Positions 17,337 to 27,209 of a DNA stretch of 64,000 nt are shown piece after piece. How positions within the stretch are numbered: position 1 is the first letter of the stretch; every line of letters begins with the position of its first letter. The notes beneath the pieces are model-generated. The model did no database searches. It was not told where the DNA came from and was given only the letters and a program-made list of their open reading frames with translations. The stretch spans positions 117,622-181,621 of IMG/VR virus record IMGVR_UViG_3300018018_000001, one strand, 5' to 3'. The position numbers and the translations under genes were made by a program. Origin of the DNA: a virus.

Positions 17337-18356
17337 ATGGACATTGAAAAAGCAAGACAGCAGTTAGCCGAAAGGCAAAAGAGACAGAAGGAAGAGGGCA
17401 GGGGTAGAACTTTCTATACTCTCCCAAAACAGGGAAGGGCTGTAGTCCGTTATTTGCCTCAACCCGATGGTGGTCTGGGTGTGGTTACGGGAGCACACTT
17501 TAACATTCCTGGAGTTGATAGGGGGTTGGCGCAATGCCTTAAAGAGCATTGGGGTAATCCTTGTCCTATCCATCAAGTTTGTGCTAACTTTGAGAAATTC
17601 ATCGACCTGAAGGAATACCTTGTTAATGCTCAAGGATATGCCGCAGTCTTGGTTCTGGAAGATTCTGAAAATCCTCAAGCAGTAAATCCCAAGGTTCCCA
17701 AAATCATGAGACAGTCTTCTTTTGGGTATGAAACAATCTTGTCTTGGGTTTTGGATAAGTCAGTAAATGATATTACTGATCCAAGAACTGGTTGTGCTGT
17801 AACTTATTCAAGGGAGAAAAAGAGTGATAAATGGGATAGGAAATATAATCGTGGTTCTTTTCCTATTGCTGCTACAGAGGAAGAGATTCAGGAAATTCTC
17901 AAGAAGGTTCCCGACCTGAGTAAAGTTATCAAGCCTCCTACAGATAAGGAAATTGAGACTTGTAAGAAGGGTGCGGAAGCCCTCTATGACTTATTGATGA
18001 AAAAAATGGGGGAAGCTAAAACTCAAGATGCCGCTAAATTTTCTCCCCCTCCTGCCCAGCCCGTAAAGGCCCCTGAACAAGAAAAACCTGTAGCTGAAGT
18101 CCCAAAGCCTGTGGAAGCGGCTAAGCCCCCAGAGCCAGTAAAGCCTGTGGAGGTTACTCAACCTGTTCAAGAAGTGGCTAAAGCCTCTGAGGTTCCCCCT
18201 GTGGCCCCTACTGTATCCAAACCTGGGGTTGAGAAACCCAAAGGTGCTCCTGAGTGCTTTGGGAATAAAGTGGTTCATGATGCTCCTGAGAATGCTAAGA
18301 AGTGTCTCTGTTGCATGAATGAGTTTCATTGCCAATTGGCTATTAAGCAAGCTTAA
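17337..18356 (+). CDS. Single-stranded DNA-binding protein (gp32-like)
   Basis: FYTLP..GRAVVRYLP, C....GNPCPI, DITDPRTG; located upstream of recA. Confidence 0.7.
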   Translation: MDIEKARQQLAERQKRQKEEGRGRTFYTLPKQGRAVVRYLPQPDGGLGVVTGAHFNIPGVDRGLAQCLKEHWGNPCPIHQVCANFEKFIDLKEYLVNAQGYAAVLVLEDSENPQAVNPKVPKIMRQSSFGYETILSWVLDKSVNDITDPRTGCAVTYSREKKSDKWDRKYNRGSFPIAATEEEIQEILKKVPDLSKVIKPPTDKEIETCKKGAEALYDLLMKKMGEAKTQDAAKFSPPPAQPVKAPEQEKPVAEVPKPVEAAKPPEPVKPVEVTQPVQEVAKASEVPPVAPTVSKPGVEKPKGAPECFGNKVVHDAPENAKKCLCCMNEFHCQLAIKQA

Positions 18357-18363
18357 TGATAAG

Positions 18364-18486
18364 GGAGAGGGATTCATAAGTCATTTTACACTATCAGAAG
18401 ACCAAGCTACATGGTGGAGGACGTTTAGCAACTGCCAATACCAAAAAGCAATGGAATCCTGGAAGCATAGTGCAGAATCCCTCTCC
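18364..18486 (+). ncRNA. Rod-like structured RNA candidate
   Basis: Perfect 12-bp closing helix GGAGAGGGATTC/GAATCCCTCTCC; inner CACTAT/ATAGTG helix. Confidence 0.4.
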
Positions 18487-18783
18487 TGATTTAGGTGTAT
18501 TTTATGAGTTGATGGTCTAAATTATGTTTTAGTTGGTGTGGAATATTCTTTATTCAAATATTCCTTGTTATACTAGGAGTTATTCCACTATCTAATACAT
18601 GGTTTTTTATTAATTGGATAGGTTTTATGATAGTTTCTATTTCTTTATTGATACATAGATTAACTTTTGGTAAATATGTGCGGTGATAAGATGGATTTAT
18701 TCTTTATGTTTATACTCCCATCAATAGGACTATTATCATGGGCTATCACTGCTTGTATTTTAGATTTTTATTAAGGAGACAAC

Positions 18784-20094
18784 ATGATTCCTGAAACAAT
18801 GTTTGAGGATAAAGATAAGAAATTGGGGGTCAAAACAGCAGAGGATGATTTATTCTCTGACGTTGCACGTATAATTCCTTTTAACGTGCCTACTTTGGAT
18901 ATTGTCTTGGGTGGCGGATTATACACAGGAAAAATCTATGAGGTTATGGGGTGGGAGTCAAGTGGTAAATCCACCCTTGCCCTGGAAGCTACCAAAGCCT
19001 TTTCCAAGTATTGGATTAGCCAGAAGGACAATAATTATCTAATCCTATGGATTGAAACCGAATCTGCAGTGGATAAGGCAAGAGCATTATTTATGGGTTG
19101 TGATTTGACCAATTTTCTCTTTCGTGAAGCTGAAACAGTAGAAGTTGGATTTGAAATTATGGATTATTATTTAAAGAAATGCCAGCTTAACGGATTCCAT
19201 TTACTTATTATTTGGGACACAATTGCCGCTGCTCCTACCAATGCTGAAATAGCAGAACCTACTAAAAAGAAATCCAAGGATGAGGATGGGGAAGAGAAAG
19301 AAACATCAGGACAGTATCAAGGTGGGTTAGCAGAAAAAGCAAGAATTATTCGATACAATTTGAGAAAGCTTACTCAACCTTTAGCCCAAACAGATTCCAT
19401 AATGTTTATTGTAAATCAACTCTATCATGTCCCTCAGAAGAGCAGATTCAAAGGGGCAGAGACAGAGAGATCCCCGGGTGGGGAAGGATTCCATTTCCAT
19501 GCATCAGCCCGGTTGAAAACTACCAAGAAAGAGGATTTGACTAAGGTAGCCCCTGATGGTCAGACTTATTCTGAGGGAATCCTTACAGAAGTATTTACTC
19601 ATAAAAATAAATTGACTTTACCCAAGCAAAGGGCTATATTGGTTATGAAAGGGGAAACTGGAATTGACAAATTTGAAACTCTGGTACGGTATCTCAGGAC
19701 TGCTAAACTAATAGATATGTCTAAATCTCCTTGGGCTACTTTAAATTTCCCTACAGTAATCAAACATGAGGAAAAAATAGGAATAGAGGTAAAAGAAATC
19801 AAATTCCAGAATGCCAAGCAATTACAAGAAGTGGCCAATGAAACTCCTGGTTTGGAAGATTATATGGATTACTTGGTTTACCGCTCTTACTCCTATATCA
19901 GTCCACTGATTAAGGTAAAGATTATCAGAAAGCTGTGGGGATATGAGGAAAGATTTTTGGGTAAACGGGAAACCCTTCTTACCGACAGAGAAAAAGAAGT
20001 GGCCATAATGCTGGATAAAATGAACCAAGAGGATTTTGGCCCTCAAATTGAGGAAGAGAAAACTAAGAAAAGGCGCAAAGGAAATGAAACTTAA
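18784..20094 (+). CDS. recA: RecA/UvsX recombinase
   Basis: LDIVLGGG, Walker A GWESSGKST, IETESAVD, Walker B IIWDTIA, FIVNQL, PGGEGFHFHASARL. Confidence 0.95.
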   Translation: MIPETMFEDKDKKLGVKTAEDDLFSDVARIIPFNVPTLDIVLGGGLYTGKIYEVMGWESSGKSTLALEATKAFSKYWISQKDNNYLILWIETESAVDKARALFMGCDLTNFLFREAETVEVGFEIMDYYLKKCQLNGFHLLIIWDTIAAAPTNAEIAEPTKKKSKDEDGEEKETSGQYQGGLAEKARIIRYNLRKLTQPLAQTDSIMFIVNQLYHVPQKSRFKGAETERSPGGEGFHFHASARLKTTKKEDLTKVAPDGQTYSEGILTEVFTHKNKLTLPKQRAILVMKGETGIDKFETLVRYLRTAKLIDMSKSPWATLNFPTVIKHEEKIGIEVKEIKFQNAKQLQEVANETPGLEDYMDYLVYRSYSYISPLIKVKIIRKLWGYEERFLGKRETLLTDREKEVAIMLDKMNQEDFGPQIEEEKTKKRRKGNET

Positions 20095-20560
20095 AAATTA
20101 TACTTCGGGGGTTTCGGCGGATAAATCAGTTGCCTCTATTGAAAAGATTCTAGTTCAACATGGGGCTATTAATATTATGAAAGAGTATGGACCCACTGGT
20201 GAGTTATCCGCTATTGCTTTCATGATTAAGGATGTAAAAATGAGATCCCTGGATAATCGGGAAGGTTTAATGTCTTTCAAACTCTATGCCCGGGCTGATG
20301 TAGTGGAAAAACTTTTGCGGGAGGAATATGTTAGACCAAGAAAAGGGACATTCAAAAAGATAGAGGAACAGGCAAGCAAGACTGCTTGGAAGATTCTTTA
20401 TGATGCTGTTGCTGCTCAAATGGCTTTGGTAGATTTAGGACAAAGGGAGGTGTTAGCTGTTTTCCTTGCTGATTCCTATGATACCAAGAAACGAATGACA
20501 TTTTTTGAAAAGATACAAAGTGGCCAATTAAAACAACTCATGACAGGTACTGGGGAATAG
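20084..20560 (+). CDS. Conserved phage hypothetical protein
   Basis: KNYTSGVSADKSVASIEKIL, AWKILYD..AQMA; start moved to the ATG after AAGGA. Confidence 0.65.
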   Translation: MKLKNYTSGVSADKSVASIEKILVQHGAINIMKEYGPTGELSAIAFMIKDVKMRSLDNREGLMSFKLYARADVVEKLLREEYVRPRKGTFKKIEEQASKTAWKILYDAVAAQMALVDLGQREVLAVFLADSYDTKKRMTFFEKIQSGQLKQLMTGTGE

Positions 20561-20563
20561 AAT

Positions 20564-21055
20564 GTGCCTAAAAGTAAATATTATCAAAAAAATAAAAAGA
20601 AGAATTTAGATTATAGTAGAGAATGGAGAAAAAATAATCCAGGAAGAATGAGTGAATTATATAAAATATGGGCAGAAAAGAATCCAAATAAAATTAAAAA
20701 CTATAAAGGAAAGTTCTATGAAAAAAATAAAGATTATGTAAATGAACGTCAGAAAGAAAATAATAAAATATTGTTTGAAAAGGTGTTAGATCATTATGGA
20801 CACCAATGTTCTATACCAGAGTGTAGTAATACTGAAGATCTTTGTATAGATCATATTAATGGAGAAAATGTCGATTACAAATACAGATATGGTAGTAAGC
20901 TTTGGAGATGGATTATAAAAAATAATTTTCCTTCAGGATTTAGAATTCTTTGCCATTATTGTAATATTTTAGATGGTTATCTTCGTAAACACCCTAAACT
21001 TAAAATTAATGGGATTGATGACTTAATAAAAAGGTGCTTTAAAAATGAGAGGTAG
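20564..21055 (+). CDS. HNH endonuclease, family B
   Basis: HYGHQC..C...DHING..LWRW..NNFP.GFRILCHYCN..INGIDDLIK. Confidence 0.8.
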   Translation: MPKSKYYQKNKKKNLDYSREWRKNNPGRMSELYKIWAEKNPNKIKNYKGKFYEKNKDYVNERQKENNKILFEKVLDHYGHQCSIPECSNTEDLCIDHINGENVDYKYRYGSKLWRWIIKNNFPSGFRILCHYCNILDGYLRKHPKLKINGIDDLIKRCFKNER

Positions 21056-22523
21056 AATTGATGGAAAAAGATTGATATTTACTAATTTTAGTTCTGATGA
21101 GATAGATAAAGTAAGATCTCTTCTTACATGGCCAGGAGATGAATATTCTGAAACCGAAACTATATTATTTGAGGAAAATGGTACATTTTTTACTTTCTGG
21201 GGTCTTTATAATATCTTAAAAAATAAAGTAAAGCTGGAAGTCTTTGGGATTCCCGATTTAGACGTTGGAGAGTTTGGAGAAGTTCCCGAAGATATTCTCA
21301 AAGGAATTAAGCTTTATGATTTCCAAAGAGCGGCTATACGGAAGGGTCTTATCCTCAAAAGAGGGATAGAGGTAATCCCCACCTCAGGTGGTAAGACTGA
21401 AATAATTCTGGCCACTATTTCTATACTCTTTAATAGCAACAAAATAAGCAAGGTTTTAATTATCGTCCCTACAGTGTCACTTGTGGAACAGTTCTATTCC
21501 AGAGCCCTTCTGCGGGGGTTCCCCCAAGGATCAGTGGGCAGGGTGCATGGAACCAACCAAGAATTGGACTGCCCAGTAATTGTAGGGACGATAAACTCTT
21601 TAGTAAAAGGGTACAGAGAGGGTGGCAGGATAAAGGATTTTATAGAGAAAGCTGATGCTGCTTTCTTTGATGAATGTCAGCATATTCAGGCCCCAACCTG
21701 GATTGAGCTTGCTTTTGGTATAACCAATGCTCAATACACTCTTTGCTTTTCGGGATCTCCATTCCAGAATGATGACGATATTCTGGAACTATCTAGTGAT
21801 ACTCAGGTTTATGGAATTGCTGGTGCTCCTATATTTTCTATCCCTTTAAGCTACCTTGTCAGTCTGGGATTGGTGGCTGAACCTTTTGTATTTTTCAAAT
21901 CCCTTCCTGGAAGGATTAGCAAGTTCCCTGGAAACTACCGAAAGATTTATAATCAAGGGATTAGTGAAAATAGCCAAAGAAATATACTGGTCCATGGGGC
22001 ATCCCAAGTATTTAAGGAATATGGATTCCCTACTCTTATCCCTGTCCAGTTAAAGGAACATGCTCTTGAGTTGCTTTATCGTCTGAAAGATCCAAGGGCA
22101 ATTTATGTTTCAGGTGGTGCTCATGCTGTTACCTTTGATGACAATGCCAATGAGAATGAATTTATCATAGACTATAGTGCATTCAGAGAATCTTTTGAAG
22201 CCGGCCAGTATGATACCTTAATTGCCACAAAGGTATTCGGAGAGGGCATTGATCTTCCTGCTATCCAGGGAATGATTATGGCCGGGGGTGGCGGTGGCAA
22301 ACGTGGAAAGATTTCTTTACGTCAGTGGATAGGAAGGATAATCCGAAAGAAAAAAGACAAGGTTAACAGGGTCTATTGTTATGATTTTATTGACCGATAT
22401 CATGTCTACCTCTATTCCCAATATCTGAGAAGGCGAAAGCTTTATGACGAATTAGGAATTAAGATAGTGGATGACGAATTGACTTTCAACCGATTGTTGG
22501 CCAGTCATGCCGAAAAAAGATAA
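21045..22523 (+). CDS. SF2 DNA helicase (UvsW-like)
   Basis: LYDFQ, IPTSGGKT, FDECQH, CFSGSP, EGIDLP, QWIGRIIR. Confidence 0.9.
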   Translation: MRGRIDGKRLIFTNFSSDEIDKVRSLLTWPGDEYSETETILFEENGTFFTFWGLYNILKNKVKLEVFGIPDLDVGEFGEVPEDILKGIKLYDFQRAAIRKGLILKRGIEVIPTSGGKTEIILATISILFNSNKISKVLIIVPTVSLVEQFYSRALLRGFPQGSVGRVHGTNQELDCPVIVGTINSLVKGYREGGRIKDFIEKADAAFFDECQHIQAPTWIELAFGITNAQYTLCFSGSPFQNDDDILELSSDTQVYGIAGAPIFSIPLSYLVSLGLVAEPFVFFKSLPGRISKFPGNYRKIYNQGISENSQRNILVHGASQVFKEYGFPTLIPVQLKEHALELLYRLKDPRAIYVSGGAHAVTFDDNANENEFIIDYSAFRESFEAGQYDTLIATKVFGEGIDLPAIQGMIMAGGGGGKRGKISLRQWIGRIIRKKKDKVNRVYCYDFIDRYHVYLYSQYLRRRKLYDELGIKIVDDELTFNRLLASHAEKR

Positions 22524-22525
22524 AT

Positions 22526-22741
22526 ATGAATCCATTGGATTTGTGGTTTAATAAAATGCCAAAAGGAAAGAGAGTAAGAATTAAAGGTCAATCTTATGTT
22601 AAATTAACTATGAAGTCACTATTAGGACATTTGGAAAATGATTTAAGGATAGGTATAAACGAGCATGTAATAGAGACTAAAATAACTAAGAAAGGTCATT
22701 ACTTTGTTATTCGACCTTTATGCCAGTTAGAAATAAAATAA
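22526..22741 (+). CDS. Hypothetical protein
   Basis: ORF. Confidence 0.5.
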   Translation: MNPLDLWFNKMPKGKRVRIKGQSYVKLTMKSLLGHLENDLRIGINEHVIETKITKKGHYFVIRPLCQLEIK

Positions 22742-22888
22742 AAGTTAGTTGGGGAAAAAGGTTATTATGGTATGCTCCTTGTAAAAGATGCAAGCTTAAA
22801 GGAAAGTATAAAGATTGCACTTGTGGGGTTAGTCTTCGTGTTGATTGGATGCAAAGTCAAAAGTTACATTCAATAACTTGGAGGGGGA

Positions 22889-23053
22889 TTGGACATAATA
22901 AAATTAAGAAATCATGTAAAATTATGCAAAAGGAATCTAAAATCAGATAAGGTTAAATGCTGCGCCACTTGCCCTTTTGAAGAAGATATACTACTTATTT
23001 ACCCTGAATTAAAATCACTTTTTGAAAGAAAAAGAAAGTTTCTTAAAAAATGA
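22889..23053 (+). CDS. Small Cys-containing protein (54 aa)
   Basis: GGAGGGG RBS, TTG start, KCCATCPFEED. Confidence 0.5.
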   Translation: MDIIKLRNHVKLCKRNLKSDKVKCCATCPFEEDILLIYPELKSLFERKRKFLKK

Positions 23054-23254
23054 AATCAGGTTTTTTGTTTAAATAGCCGAAAGTGGGTTGATTTCATTTG
23101 GATACTTCCTAAATCATGCCCACACTTAGAGGAGAAATGGTGTCAAGATGAAAAATGTGCATACTATGAGAATAGGGAAATGTCCAAATATGCAAAAAGG
23201 AAACTTAAAATATTAAAGAGTTTTGGGAGGGAAAATGAATCAGAGCAGGGCTAA
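23050..23254 (+). pseudogene. Cys-rich small gene frameshifted at T6 run (23061-23066)
   Basis: ATG overlaps the upstream TGA; removing one T gives MKSGFCLNSRKWVDF...CPH...C...C. Confidence 0.45.
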
Positions 23255-23414
23255 GAAAATAAGGAAAATGGTTTACAGGGGGAAGACCAAGGAGGAGAAA
23301 GTTACTGAGTATAAGGCTATTCAAAAAAATAAAGGGGTTCAGCTACTTTGTACTGGACTTAGAGAAATTTATAAAAAGCTAAAGAAGAGCACAAGGAGAA
23401 ACTATGGAAGATGA
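23235..23414 (+). CDS. Small basic protein
   Basis: GGGAGG RBS. Confidence 0.6.
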   Translation: MNQSRAKKIRKMVYRGKTKEEKVTEYKAIQKNKGVQLLCTGLREIYKKLKKSTRRNYGR

Positions 23415-23727
23415 CAAAATCACCGATCTGTTGTTAAAGGTAACTGGAGTTTCTTTTCCCAATCTTGATGGTTCTTCCAGGCAGGAAATCCTGGGCAATA
23501 TGTCTGACAATGCCTCCATATCTCTTGTACGTGAACCTGAGAATGAATATGACCCAAACGCCATTATGGTCATGGCTGATAAGAAACAAGTGGGATACGT
23601 GAGCAAGGAAGAGAATATAATGATTGCCCCTTTGATGGATTCTGGTGCTTTATTTGAGGCAGAGGTTTGGGAAAAATCCCAGTATAAAGGGACATGGTAT
23701 CTTCATATCATAATTCGTGAGGTTTAA
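23404..23727 (+). CDS. HIRAN domain protein
   Basis: VTGVSF, LVREPENEYDPNAIMV, VGYV. Confidence 0.9.
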   Translation: MEDDKITDLLLKVTGVSFPNLDGSSRQEILGNMSDNASISLVREPENEYDPNAIMVMADKKQVGYVSKEENIMIAPLMDSGALFEAEVWEKSQYKGTWYLHIIIREV

Positions 23728-23728
23728 A

Positions 23729-23911
23729 ATGGCTACTATAATTACAAAATCTCCACTTGTCAGCAAATGCTGCAAAGCTTTGGTGTCCATTAAGCCAGAT
23801 AAAGAATTTTATCATAGTGAGCAAGAAGCCCAAATTACAATGTGGCATGAATGTACCGCTTGCGGGAAACCCTGTGATGTGGAAGAGGTAGAAGATGAGA
23901 AAATCAGATAG
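23729..23911 (+). CDS. Small zinc-ribbon protein
   Basis: SKCCKA...CTACGKPCD. Confidence 0.65.
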   Translation: MATIITKSPLVSKCCKALVSIKPDKEFYHSEQEAQITMWHECTACGKPCDVEEVEDEKIR

Positions 23912-24083
23912 AAAAATGTTTTGGTCAATGTTCTCTTTTATTGTAAATCTTTTGTGGGATATAAGAGATTATATATCTGTGATTCCCCCCCATCAAGACA
24001 ATGGATGGCCAGTAAATCATTATTCCAAAAAAGAATATGATAAACTTGAATCAAAGTCCAGGGAATGGATTGAGGAGGAATAG
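23895..24083 (+). CDS. Hypothetical protein
   Basis: ORF. Confidence 0.55.
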   Translation: MRKSDRKMFWSMFSFIVNLLWDIRDYISVIPPHQDNGWPVNHYSKKEYDKLESKSREWIEEE

Positions 24084-24721
24084 TGATTTTTGGTAGAATT
24101 TATATAGTTACAAATAAAATAAATGGTAAGAATTATGTTGGTAAAACAACCAAAGAATTAAGATTTAGAAAGGCTGAACACTTTAGTTTCTCCAGAAATA
24201 GTAGTATGATTTTCCATAAAGCACTTAGAAAATATGGTAAGGAAAATTTTGAATGGGAAGAAATTTCTTGGGCAGGATCTATTGAGGAACTTAATAAATA
24301 TGAAATAATAATGATTGATTTTTATAAAACTAAAGTACCTAATGGATATAATGTTACTGATGGTGGAGAAGGTGGTGGCTCAAATCCTTCAGAAGAAGTA
24401 AGAAAGAAAAGGGGCAGTGGGTGGAGAGGAAAAAAGAATCCAGATCAATCTATAAGAATGAGAGGAAATAAATTTTCCAAAGGAAAAAAGTTCCTTCATA
24501 CTTCAGAAAGAAACAAAAAGCAAATTGGAGATAAGAATCCTTTTTATGGGAAATTTCATACTGAAGAAACCAAAGCAATAAATAGAGATAAACATAAAGG
24601 TAAACACTCAAAAACAGAATTTAAGGGAGGTAGTGATCATCCATTTTTTGGAAAGAAAAGGCCAGAACATGCAGAAATAATGAAAGAATATCATCGGAGG
24701 AGAAATGAAATTAATTCCTAG
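24083..24721 (+). CDS. GIY-YIG homing endonuclease with NUMOD3 repeats
   Basis: GRIYIVTNKINGKNYVGKT, NGYNVTDGG, NPFYGKFHTEETK. Confidence 0.9.
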   Translation: MIFGRIYIVTNKINGKNYVGKTTKELRFRKAEHFSFSRNSSMIFHKALRKYGKENFEWEEISWAGSIEELNKYEIIMIDFYKTKVPNGYNVTDGGEGGGSNPSEEVRKKRGSGWRGKKNPDQSIRMRGNKFSKGKKFLHTSERNKKQIGDKNPFYGKFHTEETKAINRDKHKGKHSKTEFKGGSDHPFFGKKRPEHAEIMKEYHRRRNEINS

Positions 24722-25328
24722 CAAATTTTTATTGGATTCTATTAATATTATCCAAAAAGAATTGTTTAATAAAGATATTAAATTTATTATAAAGATATTT
24801 CCTTCTGATTCTTGGGGGTGTCCTAACAAAGTTCCTATTATTGGAGTTCACTATTCTTTTTATTATCCAATATTTAAAGCATTTGAAGAAGATGGAATTA
24901 TCACTCAAAAAGAACCAATTCTAAAGATCATTCGTCATGAGGTTGGACATTGTATTAACTATGCTTATAAATTTTATGAGATGAAAGATTGGTCTGAAAT
25001 TTTTGGAAATTTTAACAAGCCTTATAAACACCCTAATAGTCATTCTAATGAATTCAAACCTAATCTTAATTCTAGGGATTTTGTTAAGAACTTAAGTGAT
25101 TATAATTCCTGCTACTCTCAGATTCACCCTGATGAGGACTTTGCAGAAACTTTTGCTATTTGGTTGTCTAATACTGAAAACTCATGGACTTGTAAGTATG
25201 CAGATTGGAAAGGGGCATTACATAAGCTTAACTACGTAAATTGTCTTATTAATAGTTGGAAAAATGCTAAACCCAAAGTTAAGAGCGGGAAGAAAGATAA
25301 ACCCTATCGGTTTGTAAAACTGAGTTGA
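24705..25328 (+). CDS. Putative zinc-binding metallopeptidase (Peptidase_Mx-like)
   Basis: RHEVGH (HExxH), IFGNFNKPY, HPDEDFAETFAIWL. Confidence 0.75.
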   Translation: MKLIPSKFLLDSINIIQKELFNKDIKFIIKIFPSDSWGCPNKVPIIGVHYSFYYPIFKAFEEDGIITQKEPILKIIRHEVGHCINYAYKFYEMKDWSEIFGNFNKPYKHPNSHSNEFKPNLNSRDFVKNLSDYNSCYSQIHPDEDFAETFAIWLSNTENSWTCKYADWKGALHKLNYVNCLINSWKNAKPKVKSGKKDKPYRFVKLS

Positions 25329-25337
25329 GTGGAGAGC

Positions 25338-25412
25338 CAGGGTATAGCCTAAGCTGGCCGTAGGTCCTGGGTTTGGAACCCAGTTACGGAGGTTCAATTC
25401 CTCCTGCCCTGA
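25338..25412 (+). tRNA. tRNA-Pro (TGG), CCA not encoded
   Basis: Acceptor CAGGGTA/TGCCCTG; anticodon arm CTGGG-TTTGGAA-CCCAG; T-arm GGAGG-TTCAATT-CCTCC. Confidence 0.92.
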
Positions 25413-25438
25413 CTGTCCACTTAAAAAGGAAACAGAAA

Positions 25439-26344
25439 ATGGCTTACCAATATTCTTTAGTAGATGCAAATTATTTAGCCCATAGGTCAGTCTATAAGGG
25501 TTCTCATTTACAAACCTCTCAAGGGATTCCTACAGGGGGGATTTTTATTTTTCTGAAGTCTCTTTGGTATCTGAGGGAATTAGGTAATGAAATGATCCTT
25601 GTCTTTGACGGAGGGCATAGTCCCTACCGAAAAGTCCTTTACCTTGAGTACAAGGTAAGGGACGAAAAGGAACTCAAGATTCAAAAGATTCTCAAGTTTA
25701 CCTTTGACACTCTCATGGATATTACCCCTAAATTGGGTTTCCCTACCCTCAGAATGGAACAAACAGAGGCGGATGACGTTCTCTACCTCTTAGCCAAGCA
25801 TATGCGAACCTGGGGCATTATAGCCTTGTCTGGGGATGATGATTTCCTACAATTGACCAAATTGGACATTGACGTTTATAATCCCCGTACTGATGAGCAC
25901 TGGAATAGGGAAAAATTCACCAAAGAGTGGGGATTTGCCCCTGAGTATTTCTCCCTTTGGAAATCTTTGGTGGGGGATGATTCCGACAAAATTTTGGGAG
26001 TCCCAAGGTTAGGAATGGGTAAGAAATTTCCTGAGTTAGGTGATAAGTGGAAGGCTGCTCCATATATTATCAAACAGTTAAAAGAACCCTCCCTTTCGGG
26101 ATTATATGACTGGGCTGTAGCCAATCCAGATCCCCTTGGTAACAAAATCATTAATCATTTCCAGATAGTAAAGAGAAACTACCTCTTAATGGACTTGGAT
26201 CATTGTGAGGTTTCCCTTGATTCAGTCCTGGAAGAACTTAAGATTTCTACCCAAAAAGCCGAAAAGAACCTTGGTTATATTACAAAAATCTTTAAGGATC
26301 TTGAGTTCAAGGAGTTAGCCATGTGGTTAACTTACCTATCCTAA
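25439..26344 (+). CDS. 5'-3' exonuclease / flap endonuclease (RNase H of T4 type)
   Basis: LVDANYLAHR, FDGG, EADDV, SGDDDFLQL, LVGDDSDKILGV; the track start lies inside the tRNA, so the true ATG is 25439. Confidence 0.92.
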   Translation: MAYQYSLVDANYLAHRSVYKGSHLQTSQGIPTGGIFIFLKSLWYLRELGNEMILVFDGGHSPYRKVLYLEYKVRDEKELKIQKILKFTFDTLMDITPKLGFPTLRMEQTEADDVLYLLAKHMRTWGIIALSGDDDFLQLTKLDIDVYNPRTDEHWNREKFTKEWGFAPEYFSLWKSLVGDDSDKILGVPRLGMGKKFPELGDKWKAAPYIIKQLKEPSLSGLYDWAVANPDPLGNKIINHFQIVKRNYLLMDLDHCEVSLDSVLEELKISTQKAEKNLGYITKIFKDLEFKELAMWLTYLS

Positions 26345-26351
26345 AGGGGGA

Positions 26352-26918
26352 ATGGTGAAAAAATATCAGGTAATGGTTATTGATCCTCCGTGGAATATCA
26401 AGAAGTTAACCCGAAAAGTAAGGCCAAATCAAGTCAAGATGGACTATTCCACCATGACTGTTGATGAAATAGCCGCCTTGCCCCTTGCAGCAATTTCTGA
26501 TGATTCATGTTGGTGCTTTCTCTGGACTATCCAAAAATTCCTATTCAATGCCAAACCCATCCTTGAGGGGTGGGGATTCAATCACCTTTTGACCATGACA
26601 TGGGAAAAAACCTATGGCCGATCTGCAGGGATGCCCTTATATGGATTCCTATGGAATGTAGAATTTATCCTTGTTGGTTACAAGAAGAAACCCGACCTCT
26701 GGCCAATCAGAAAATTAATACCCGCCGCTTTCAATGCAGAAAATATTAAGCATTCACAAAAGCCAGATAGATTTTATGAATTAATTAATCCTTTGGGAGA
26801 AAATAGGATTGATATTTTTGCCAGAAAGAAACGTCCTGGGTGGGATACTATTGGGGATGGAATTAGCGGAAAAGATATTCGACAAGAGATAGCCGAATTA
26901 TCAGGAGAGGTAAAATGA
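26352..26918 (+). CDS. MT-A70 family adenine methyltransferase
   Basis: VIDPPW, FLWT, HSQKPDRFY, RIDIFARKKRPGWD. Confidence 0.9.
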   Translation: MVKKYQVMVIDPPWNIKKLTRKVRPNQVKMDYSTMTVDEIAALPLAAISDDSCWCFLWTIQKFLFNAKPILEGWGFNHLLTMTWEKTYGRSAGMPLYGFLWNVEFILVGYKKKPDLWPIRKLIPAAFNAENIKHSQKPDRFYELINPLGENRIDIFARKKRPGWDTIGDGISGKDIRQEIAELSGEVK

Positions 26919-26922
26919 GGGG

Positions 26923-27140
26923 TGTAATGGAGCATTACACGTTACCTTTTTTAAACCCAAATCAGGTGTGTAATGGAGCATTACACACTACCTTTTTTGA
27001 CAAAATCAAGAGTGTAATGGAGCATTACAGTGTCTTTTTTGCAACAAAAATGAATGTAATGGAGCATTACATACCCAAATTCAGGGGATTAAAAATGGAC
27101 TGCGTAATAGCATTACACGAAGTTGTAATGCAGCATTACG
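26923..27140. repeat. Array of palindromic 17-mers (iteron-like)
   Basis: TGTAATGGAGCATTACA exact at 26923, 26969, 27013 and 27055; degenerate at 27103 and 27124. Confidence 0.9.
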
Positions 27141-27209
27141 TAATGATTTTTAAAAATCAAAACTATATTAAAGAGTTAGAGAGTTCAGAAGCGTGTAATG
27201 AAATGAGTG

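Noticed and set aside
25373-25438. N-terminal extension of the exonuclease in the ORF track
   Set aside because: The TTG start lies inside tRNA-Pro; the ATG at 25439 has an AAGGA RBS.
26923-27140. CRISPR mini-array
   Set aside because: Repeats are only 17 bp. The spacers resemble each other (shared T6 and A-tract pattern) and vary from 25 to 31 nt, and no cas genes are present; an iteron array fits better.
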